The notes beneath the pieces were generated by a model that saw only the letters and a list, made by a program, of their open reading frames with translations, made no database searches and was not told the origin of the DNA. The position numbers were made by a program, and so were the translations under genes. Positions 7,766 to 14,095 of a stretch of DNA of 14,095 nucleotides are shown here, piece after piece (within the stretch, counting starts at the first letter, position 1; each line of letters starts with the position of its first letter). Source of the DNA: a virus (Duplodnaviria > Heunggongvirae > Uroviricota > Caudoviricetes). The stretch is from IMG/VR virus record IMGVR_UViG_2695420718_000010, one strand, 5' to 3'.

Positions 7766-8343
7766 ACACGGCAGCGGAAGCCATTCGTGCCCTGTCGATG
7801 CAGATGCCGGGATTCCGCCGTCAGATGAACGAAGGCTGGTACCAGATACGTATTCGCGGTGAGGACACGGCACCGGAGGCGGTGTACGCCCGTCTTCACG
7901 AACAGCTGGGTGAGGGAACGGTCATCCACATTGTGCCGCGACTGGCCGGGGCCGGAAAGGGTGGACTGCAGATTGTGCTGGGGGCGGCAGCCATCGTGGG
8001 CTCTTTCTTCACTGCCGGGGCATCAATGGCGTTATGGGGTTCAGCCCTGGCAGCCGGTGGTTTTTCTGCCACCACGATGCTGTTTTCACTTGGAGCCAGC
8101 ATGATTCTGGGCGGTGTGGCCCAGATGCTGGCCCCGAAGGCAAAAACACCGGATTACCGCGCAACGGATAACGGCAGACAGAACACGTACTTTTCCTCGC
8201 TGGATAACATGATTGCCCAGGGGAACCCGATGCCGGTGCCTTACGGTGAAATGCTGGTTGGCTCCCGGCGAATCTCCCAGGACATCAGTACCCGTGATGA
8301 AGGCGGTGACGGGAAGGTGGTGGTTATCGGGCGGCAGGCATAA
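7663..8343 (+). CDS. I: Tail assembly protein I (intact)
   Basis: 226 aa, MATTNAFSLASPPLARICLHGDLQRFGRR...IHIVPRLAGAGKGGLQIVLGAAAIVGSFFTAGAS...MLAPKAKTP...NTYFSSLDNMIAQGN...GEMLVGSRRISQDISTRDEGGDGKVVVIGRQA, closely matching lambda gpI as I recall it (N-terminal domain plus hydrophobic Gly/Ala-rich C-terminal half). Confidence 0.92.
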   Translation: MATTNAFSLASPPLARICLHGDLQRFGRRLSLYVNTAAEAIRALSMQMPGFRRQMNEGWYQIRIRGEDTAPEAVYARLHEQLGEGTVIHIVPRLAGAGKGGLQIVLGAAAIVGSFFTAGASMALWGSALAAGGFSATTMLFSLGASMILGGVAQMLAPKAKTPDYRATDNGRQNTYFSSLDNMIAQGNPMPVPYGEMLVGSRRISQDISTRDEGGDGKVVVIGRQA

Positions 8344-8354
8344 AACATAAAAAA

Positions 8355-8386
8355 TCCCGCAGTGCTCACGGACAGGAACTGCGGGA
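8355..8386 (-). terminator. Candidate intrinsic terminator for leftward (sodC) transcription
   Basis: A 9-bp inverted repeat, TCCCGCAGT (8355-8363) and ACTGCGGGA (8378-8386), with a 14-nt loop. On the minus strand it is followed by a T-rich run (complement of AAAACATAAAAAA, 8342-8354). The loop is long, so stability is uncertain. Confidence 0.4.
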
Positions 8387-8503
8387 GAGTTACGAAGATT
8401 GAGTGTAAGGAATTATTCTTATGTCACGACAAAAACATTAACTCAGAGAGGGAGGATGTGCCGTTCTTTTCAGGGAGAAAGGATTTATCGTCCTGAGGAA
8501 TAA

Positions 8504-8527
8504 AGGTAAGGGGCCCGCCCCTTACCT
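8504..8527. terminator. GC-rich hairpin immediately downstream of the sodC stop; candidate terminator
   Basis: AGGTAAGGGG (8504-8513), loop CCCG, CCCCTTACCT (8518-8527). On the minus strand it is followed by TTTATTCC. It lies 7 nt from the sodC stop codon. Confidence 0.45.
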
Positions 8528-8533
8528 GACTGA

Positions 8534-9061
8534 TTATTGAATGATGCCGCAGGCCATTCTCGCACCACCACCGCCCAGGGGCTCCGGATGGTCATGATGG
8601 TTATCACCGCCAGCATGAAGCATGAGAGAACGCCCTTTAATCTCTTTTAATGAGTTCAGTCTCGGGGCCAGGACCGGGTAGTTCGCTTTTCCGTCATGCG
8701 TCACGAACAGCGCAGGGAGGTCGCCCAGGTGTCCATCCGGAGACCAGGGGCCAAGATGTTTGCCGGTGTTTTTCGGGTCAAAGTGACCGCCAGCCGATAA
8801 TGCTGCGACCGGTTTTCCGTCTTTCAGTGCCGGGGCGCAATTTCCTTTTTCGTGCACATGAAAACCATGAATGCCTTCAGACAGAGAGTGAAGGGCTGGT
8901 GTGAACAGCAGACCGTAGGGGGTCTCCTGAATGGTTATTTTTCCAATGCTGACTTCTTTTCCGTCAGCACTGACAAGGTTCATTGGGACTTCCTGTTCTG
9001 CTGCGTATCCGCATGATGCTGCTGTCAGCATGGCAATGGCAGCAATGATTTTACATTTCAT
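8534..9061 (-). CDS. sodC: Periplasmic Cu/Zn superoxide dismutase (prophage-borne SodC)
   Basis: 175 aa from the ATG at 9061-9059 (the supplied 344-aa ORF is over-extended at its N-terminus). It has a signal-peptide-like N-terminus ([20 protein letters not shown]) and Cu/Zn-SOD signatures ([49 protein letters not shown]). An RBS (GAGGG) lies about 6 nt upstream on the minus strand. Confidence 0.93.
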   Translation of the reverse strand: MKCKIIAAIAMLTAASCGYAAEQEVPMNLVSADGKEVSIGKITIQETPYGLLFTPALHSLSEGIHGFHVHEKGNCAPALKDGKPVAALSAGGHFDPKNTGKHLGPWSPDGHLGDLPALFVTHDGKANYPVLAPRLNSLKEIKGRSLMLHAGGDNHHDHPEPLGGGGARMACGIIQ

Positions 9062-9194
9062 AAAACCCTCATTAATTCCGTTAACAGACTGAGCTTGCTG
9101 GTTACAGGGTAACAAACAGCGTTCTGATGATATCGCGCAATAGCTGTGCAATATCCTATCACTGCGATTAATAATACCAATTGAGAGGAACATT

Positions 9195-12100
9195 ATGGGT
9201 AAAGGTGGCGGCAGGGCGCACACGCCGGTTGAGGTAAAGGACAATCTTAAGTCCACGCAGATGATGAGCGTGATTGATGCCATTGGTGAAGGGCCGATTG
9301 AAGGTCCGGTGAAGGGGCTGCAGAGTATCCTGGTGAACAAAACCCCGCTGACGGACACGGACGGTAATCCTGTGATACATGGTGTGACCGCGGTCTGGCG
9401 CGCCGGGGAGCAGGAGCAGACACCACCTGAAGGCTTTGAGTCCTCCGGGGCGGAAACCGCACTGGGCGTGGAAGTGACGAAGGCAAAGCCGGTAACGCGC
9501 ACCATTACATCCGCGAACATTGACCGCCTGCGGGTCACCTTCGGGGTGCAGTCACTGTTGGAGACCACCTCAAAGGGCGACCGTAATCCCTCTTCTGTCC
9601 GACTGCTGATTCAGTTGCAGCGTAACGGTAACTGGGTGACGGAAAAGGATGTCACCATTAACGGCAAGACCACCTCACAGTACCTGGCGTCGGTGATTCT
9701 GGAGAATCTGCCTGAGCGGCCCTTTAACATCCGGATGGTCCGGGAGACAGCGGACAGCACCCCGGACCAGCTGCAGAATAAGACGCTCTGGTCGTCATAC
9801 ACCGAAATCATCGATGTGAAACAGTGCTACCCGAACACGGCGATTGTGGGGCTGCAGGTGGATGCGGAGCAGTTTGGCGGTCAGCAGATGACGGTGAACT
9901 ACCATATCCGCGGTCGCATCATCCAGGTACCGTCAAACTATGACCCGGAAAAACGCACGTACAGCGGCATCTGGGACGGCAGCCTGAAACCGGCATACAG
10001 CAACAACCCGGCCTGGTGCCTGTGGGACATGCTGACTCACCCGCGCTATGGCATGGGAAAACGTCTGGTGGCGGCGGATGTTGACAAGTGGGCGCTGTAT
10101 GCCATCGGGCAGTACTGCGACCAGACGGTCCCGGATGGTTTCGGGGGCACAGAGCCGCGGATGACCTTTAATGCGTACCTGTCACAACAGCGTAAGGCGT
10201 GGGACGTTCTCAGTGATTTCTGCTCGGCGATGCGCTGTATGCCGGTATGGAGCGGCCAGACGCTGACGTTCGTTCAGGACCGCCCGTCGGATGTGGTGTG
10301 GCCGTACACCAACAGCGATGTGGTGGTGGATGATAACGGCGTGGGGTTCCGCTACAGCTTCAGTGCCCTGAAGGACCGGCACACGGCGGTGGAGGTGAAT
10401 TACACCGACCCGCAGAACGGCTGGCAGACCTCCACGGAACTGGTGGAAGACCCGGAAGCCATACTGCGCTACGGACGCAACCTGCTGAAGATGGACGCGT
10501 TCGGCTGTACCAGCCGCGGTCAGGCCCACCGTGCCGGACTGTGGGTGATAAAGACCGGACTGCTGGAAACGCAGACGGTGGATTTCACGCTCGGGTCTCA
10601 GGGGCTGCGGCACACACCCGGTGACATCATTGAAATCTGTGATAACGACTATGCCGGGACCCTGACCGGCGGACGTGTCCTGTCCATTGATGCCGCCAGC
10701 CGCACCCTGACACTGGACCGTGAGGTGACCCTGCCGGAGACAGGTGCCGCCACGGTGAACCTGATTAACGGCAGCGGTAAGCCGGTGAGTGTGGACATCA
10801 CCGCACACCCCGCGCCGGACCGGATACAGGTCAGCACCCTGCCTGATGGTGTGGAGACATACGGTGTGTGGGGACTCTCCCTGCCGTCACTGCGTCGTCG
10901 CCTGTTCCGCTGTGTCTCCATCCGGGAAAACACGGACGGCACCTTTGCCATCACGGCGGTGCAGCACGTACCGGAAAAAGAAGCCATCGTGGATAACGGG
11001 GCCAGCTTTGAGCCGCAGTCAGGCACCCTGAACAGCGTTATTCCACCGGCAGTGCAGCACCTGACGGTGGAGGTGAGCGCGGCTGACGGTCAGTATCTGG
11101 CACAGGCGAAATGGGACACGCCGCGGGTGGTGAAGGGTGTGCGCTTCAGTCTGCGCCTGACCAGTGGAAGCGGTGAAAACAGCCGCCTGGTGACCACCGC
11201 CATCACCGCAGACACGGCGCACCGTTTCAGTGGCCTGCCGCTCGGGGAATACACCCTGACAGTCAGGGCAATTAACAGTTATGGCCAGCAGGGCGAACCG
11301 GCCACCACCACCTTCCGGATTAACGCGCCAGCAAAACCCGCCACCATTGAACTGACGCCGGGGTATTTTCAGATAACGGCGGTCCCGCGTCTTGCGGTGT
11401 ATGACCCGACGGTACAGTTTGAGTTCTGGTTTTCGGAGACAAAAATCGCAGACATATCTCAGGTGGAAACCTCTGCCCGTTATCTGGGGACCGGCAGTCA
11501 GTGGAGTGTATCCGGCCCGCACATTAAGCCCGGGAAGGATTTCTGGTTTTACGTGCGCAGCGTCAACCTGGTGGGGAAATCTGCGTTTGTGGAAGCCAGT
11601 GGCCGGGCCAGCAATGATGCAGAAGGGTATCTGGGGCTGTTTCGGGAAAAAATAGGAAAACTGCATCTGGCTCAGGGGCTGTGGGAGCTGATAGACAACA
11701 GCCAGCTTGCGGATGAGATGGCGGAGATGAAGACCACCATCACCGAAACCCGCAATGAAATCACACAGACGGTCAGTAAAACGCTGGAAGACCAGAGCGC
11801 CACCATACAGCAGATACAGCGCGTGCAGAAGGACACAAATGATGACCTTGCTGCACTTTACATGCTGAAGGTACAGAAAACAAAAAATGGCATACCCTAT
11901 GTTGCCGGTATTGGAGCGGGGATTGAGGATACTGATGGCCAGCCCCTGAGCAACATACTGCTGCTGGCTGACCGTATTGCGATGATTAACCCGGAGGACG
12001 GCAACACCACGCCGTTATTTGTGGCGCAGGGGAATCAGTTGTTCATGAACGATGTGTTCCTGAAGCGGCTGTTTGCGGTGAGTATCACCTCGTCCGGCAA

Positions 12101-12671
12101 TCCCCCGACGTTTTCCCTGACGCCGGAAGGGAAGCTGACAGCCAGGAACGCGGATATCAGCGGAGCAATTACCGCGAATACCGGCACGCTCAATAATGTC
12201 ACCATTAACGAGAACTGTGTCATCAGAGGGAAACTGTCTGCAAACCAGATTGAAGGCGACCTGGTGAAGACGGTGGGGAAAGCCTTTCCCCGGAATAACA
12301 GTTATGCCAGCGGGACGGTAACCGTCACAGTTTACGATGACCAGGGCTTCGACCGGCAGATTATCATTCCCCCGGTGCTGTTTCGCGGGACGAAACACCA
12401 GAATTTCAACAGCCCGAATCAGCAGTCGTACTGGTATTCCACCTGTAAGCTGCAGGTGCTGAAGAACGGGGTTGAGATTTTCCATGAACCGGCAACGGAT
12501 GTCAGCCGGGTGTTCTCATCGGTGATAGATATGCCGGCAGGGCGGGGTCATGTCACCCTGACGTTTAATGTGTCGTCGGCCGGTGCGAACAACTGGACGC
12601 CGACAACGTACATCAGTGATTTACTGGTTGTGGTCATGAAAAAATCCACGGCAGGGATCAGTATCAGCTGA
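9195..12671 (+). CDS. J: Host specificity / tail tip protein J (central tail fibre)
   Basis: 1158 aa, [39 protein letters not shown]...[15 protein letters not shown]...[22 protein letters not shown]...[19 protein letters not shown]...[26 protein letters not shown]...[34 protein letters not shown]...[10 protein letters not shown].... This is collinear with lambda gpJ as I recall it, with a diverged C-terminal receptor-binding region. The RBS GAGAGGAA lies 5-6 nt upstream. Confidence 0.95.
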   Translation: MGKGGGRAHTPVEVKDNLKSTQMMSVIDAIGEGPIEGPVKGLQSILVNKTPLTDTDGNPVIHGVTAVWRAGEQEQTPPEGFESSGAETALGVEVTKAKPVTRTITSANIDRLRVTFGVQSLLETTSKGDRNPSSVRLLIQLQRNGNWVTEKDVTINGKTTSQYLASVILENLPERPFNIRMVRETADSTPDQLQNKTLWSSYTEIIDVKQCYPNTAIVGLQVDAEQFGGQQMTVNYHIRGRIIQVPSNYDPEKRTYSGIWDGSLKPAYSNNPAWCLWDMLTHPRYGMGKRLVAADVDKWALYAIGQYCDQTVPDGFGGTEPRMTFNAYLSQQRKAWDVLSDFCSAMRCMPVWSGQTLTFVQDRPSDVVWPYTNSDVVVDDNGVGFRYSFSALKDRHTAVEVNYTDPQNGWQTSTELVEDPEAILRYGRNLLKMDAFGCTSRGQAHRAGLWVIKTGLLETQTVDFTLGSQGLRHTPGDIIEICDNDYAGTLTGGRVLSIDAASRTLTLDREVTLPETGAATVNLINGSGKPVSVDITAHPAPDRIQVSTLPDGVETYGVWGLSLPSLRRRLFRCVSIRENTDGTFAITAVQHVPEKEAIVDNGASFEPQSGTLNSVIPPAVQHLTVEVSAADGQYLAQAKWDTPRVVKGVRFSLRLTSGSGENSRLVTTAITADTAHRFSGLPLGEYTLTVRAINSYGQQGEPATTTFRINAPAKPATIELTPGYFQITAVPRLAVYDPTVQFEFWFSETKIADISQVETSARYLGTGSQWSVSGPHIKPGKDFWFYVRSVNLVGKSAFVEASGRASNDAEGYLGLFREKIGKLHLAQGLWELIDNSQLADEMAEMKTTITETRNEITQTVSKTLEDQSATIQQIQRVQKDTNDDLAALYMLKVQKTKNGIPYVAGIGAGIEDTDGQPLSNILLLADRIAMINPEDGNTTPLFVAQGNQLFMNDVFLKRLFAVSITSSGNPPTFSLTPEGKLTARNADISGAITANTGTLNNVTINENCVIRGKLSANQIEGDLVKTVGKAFPRNNSYASGTVTVTVYDDQGFDRQIIIPPVLFRGTKHQNFNSPNQQSYWYSTCKLQVLKNGVEIFHEPATDVSRVFSSVIDMPAGRGHVTLTFNVSSAGANNWTPTTYISDLLVVVMKKSTAGISIS

Positions 12672-12690
12672 CGGTTTATTAACCCGGACG

Positions 12691-12715
12691 GGCACCTCAG
12701 GAGGTGCCTTTTTTA
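12691..12715 (+). terminator. Rho-independent terminator downstream of J
   Basis: GGCACC (12691-12696), loop TCAGGA, GGTGCC (12703-12708), followed by TTTTTTA (12709-12715), 20 nt after the J stop. Confidence 0.7.
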
Positions 12716-12739
12716 TTGACTGAAAACAAAGAGGTAATC

Positions 12740-13363
12740 ATGCGGCATTTATACGCAACGATATTATTGTTTACTACCCTGCTGGCAGGAATTGCCTTTC
12801 CTGCACAGGCTGAAAGCGGACACGGTGCATTTTCCGTGGGATATGCTCAGGTTCACCCGGGCGGCGTACCGGCATTGTCCGGTACCGGTGCGCGTGCAGG
12901 TGATTTAAAAGGGATTAATGTGAAATACCGTTATGAGTTCACGGATCACCTGGGCGGCATTGTCGCGCTGAGTTATGCATCGGTGAAGAAAAGTGACACG
13001 ATGAAGACGGGTGAAAATACCTTCCATTATGAAAGCCTGCGCGGTCGTTATGTCAGTCTGATGGCCGGCCCTGTCTGGCAGCTCAGTGAGCGGGTCAGTC
13101 TCTATGGCATGGCCGGGATGGCGTACACCCGCTGGTCTGACAGTGTTCAGGATTACCGGCGTGATGAAGTGAAACCGGGGTATGTGAAGGAGACCACCAC
13201 CGCCAGTGATGGTCATACTGCGCGTCATCTGTCGCCGGCCTGGAATGCCGGGATTCAGTTCAGTCCCGTAGAGACGGTGGTTATTGACCTTGCTTATGAA
13301 GGTTCCGGCAGTGGCGACTGGCGCACTGACGGTTTCATCGTGGGTGTCGGCTATAAATTCTGA
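12740..13363 (+). CDS. lom: Lom-like outer-membrane beta-barrel protein (Ail/Lom/PagC family)
   Basis: Start taken at the ATG at 12740, with RBS GAGGT 5 nt upstream (the six-frame ORF starts at 12704). Signal peptide MRHLYATILLFTTLLAGIAFPAQA, then the mature protein, ending in the aromatic C-terminus ...GFIVGVGYKF typical of beta-barrel outer-membrane proteins. Position after J matches lambda lom. Confidence 0.9.
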   Translation: MRHLYATILLFTTLLAGIAFPAQAESGHGAFSVGYAQVHPGGVPALSGTGARAGDLKGINVKYRYEFTDHLGGIVALSYASVKKSDTMKTGENTFHYESLRGRYVSLMAGPVWQLSERVSLYGMAGMAYTRWSDSVQDYRRDEVKPGYVKETTTASDGHTARHLSPAWNAGIQFSPVETVVIDLAYEGSGSGDWRTDGFIVGVGYKF

Positions 13364-13387
13364 TTAGCCAGGTAACACAGTGTTATG

Positions 13388-13417
13388 ACAGCCCGCCGGT
13401 TCAGGCGGGCTTTTTTG
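13388..13417 (+). terminator. Rho-independent terminator downstream of lom
   Basis: GCCCGCC (13391-13397), loop GGTTCA, GGCGGGC (13404-13410), followed by TTTTTTG (13411-13417). Confidence 0.8.
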
Positions 13418-13427
13418 TGGGGTGAAT

Positions 13428-14095
13428 ATGGCAGTAAAGATTTCAGGTGTGCTGAAAGACGGCACAGGAAAACCAATACAGAACTGCACCATTCAACTGA
13501 AAGCCAGACGTAACAGCACCACGGTGGTGGTGAACACGGTGGCCTCTGAAAATCCGGATGAGGCAGGGCGTTACAGCATGGACGTCGAGTATGGTCAGTA
13601 CAGCGTCACTCTGTTGGTGGAGGGATTCCCTCCATCACATGCCGGGACCATCACCGTGTATGAAGATTCTCAACCGGGGACGCTGAATGATTTTCTCGGT
13701 GCCATGTCGGAGGATGACGTCCGGCCGGAGGCAATGCGTCGTTTTGAACTGATGGTGGAAGAAGCGGCGCGTCACGCAGAGGAGGCGAAGAAGAATGCCG
13801 GAGAGGCGGAGACATCAGCGAGGAATGCCGGCATATCAGCCAGTCAGGCAGAAGAGAGCGCTGCAAATGCTGACACTTCAGCAGGGGATGCATCGGAGTC
13901 AGCCCGGCAGGCGGCAGAAAGTGCAGCCGCTGCAAAGCAGTCAGAGGAGGCGTCCTCGTCCTCGGCCTCTGCGGCCGCTCAAAAAGCCAGTGAGTCATCA
14001 CAAAGTGCAGCAGATGCTGAATTGTCAAGAAAGACGGCAGAAAGTGCAGCCGGTAATGCAGCCAGGGATGCAACGACCGCAACAGAAAAAGCCCG
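13428..14095 (+). CDS. stf: Side tail fibre protein (lambda Stf-like), N-terminal part; continues beyond the window
   Basis: ATG at 13428; MAVKISGVLKDGTGKPIQNCTIQLKARRNSTTVVVNTVASENPDEAGRYSMDVEYGQYSVTLLVEGFPPSHAGTITVYEDSQPGTLNDFLGAMSEDDVRPEAMRRFELMVEEAARHAEEAKKNAGEAETSARNAGISASQ.... This matches the lambda Stf N-terminus as I recall it, followed by an A/E/S-rich repetitive region. No stop codon in the window. Confidence 0.88.
   Translation, partial: MAVKISGVLKDGTGKPIQNCTIQLKARRNSTTVVVNTVASENPDEAGRYSMDVEYGQYSVTLLVEGFPPSHAGTITVYEDSQPGTLNDFLGAMSEDDVRPEAMRRFELMVEEAARHAEEAKKNAGEAETSARNAGISASQAEESAANADTSAGDASESARQAAESAAAAKQSEEASSSSASAAAQKASESSQSAADAELSRKTAESAAGNAARDATTATEKA

Larger units (their letters stand above)
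6337..7976. repeat. Direct repeat copy C of the L(5'-truncated)-K-I unit, continuing into the intact I-sodC-J region
   Basis: It starts inside L (codon 9) and its 5' part matches copy B. From 7034 it is identical to copy A until copy A breaks at 3868. Confidence 0.85.

Noticed and set aside
2195-7976. CRISPR array or IS/transposon as the cause of the repeated segments
   Set aside because: The repeat units are about 1.5 kb of protein-coding tail genes, not short repeats with unique spacers. I found no terminal inverted repeats, transposase or integrase ORFs, or target-site duplications at the junctions.
9062-9568. N-terminal extension of the 344-aa minus-strand ORF (8534-9568) beyond sodC
   Set aside because: The extension overlaps the J start and RBS and reads as a low-complexity out-of-frame translation. 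The SodC homology, signal peptide and RBS all begin at the internal ATG at 9061.
10182-11666. Antisense ORFs inside J (10182-10808 -, 10649-11026 -, 11019-11666 -)
   Set aside because: They are embedded in the J coding sequence, whose product is collinear with lambda gpJ throughout. They show typical antisense composition and no motif support.
12704-12739. Upstream ATG for lom at 12704 (MPFLLTENKEVI...)
   Set aside because: It sits inside the terminator hairpin and T-tract after J and has no RBS. The ATG at 12740 has a GAGGT RBS and starts a canonical signal peptide.
13840-14095. A/E/S-rich repetitive stretch that might look like a low-complexity or non-coding repeat
   Set aside because: It is in frame within the Stf-like ORF, and an Ala/Glu/Ser-rich region following the N-terminal domain is expected for this fibre protein.

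Overview
This window is the tail-morphogenesis (late) region of a lambda-like prophage of the kind found in E. coli and related enterics, read left to right on the + strand. It runs from the 3' part of the tape measure gene (H) through M, L, K, I, the host-specificity gene J, lom, and the start of the side tail fibre gene (stf). A convergent Cu/Zn superoxide dismutase gene (sodC) sits between I and J as a cargo 'moron'. The unusual part is that the H-to-I segment is not canonical: the L-K unit occurs three times in direct orientation, and two abrupt junctions lacking extended flanking homology join them. The first junction (3868/3869) fuses the 5' third of I in frame to the 3' end of a second, divergent tape measure gene, which is followed by its own divergent M (M2). 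The second junction (about 6336-6342) joins the end of K2 to the interior of a third L copy. A perfect 943-bp direct repeat (2926-3868 and 7034-7976) brackets the extra material. I see no CRISPR array, tRNA, rRNA, IS element or integrase here and no evidence of a novel defence or toxin system. The structural anomaly is either a real inter-prophage recombination product or an assembly artefact across near-identical prophage repeats. All protein assignments come from reading the supplied translations against remembered lambda proteins; no database search was run.
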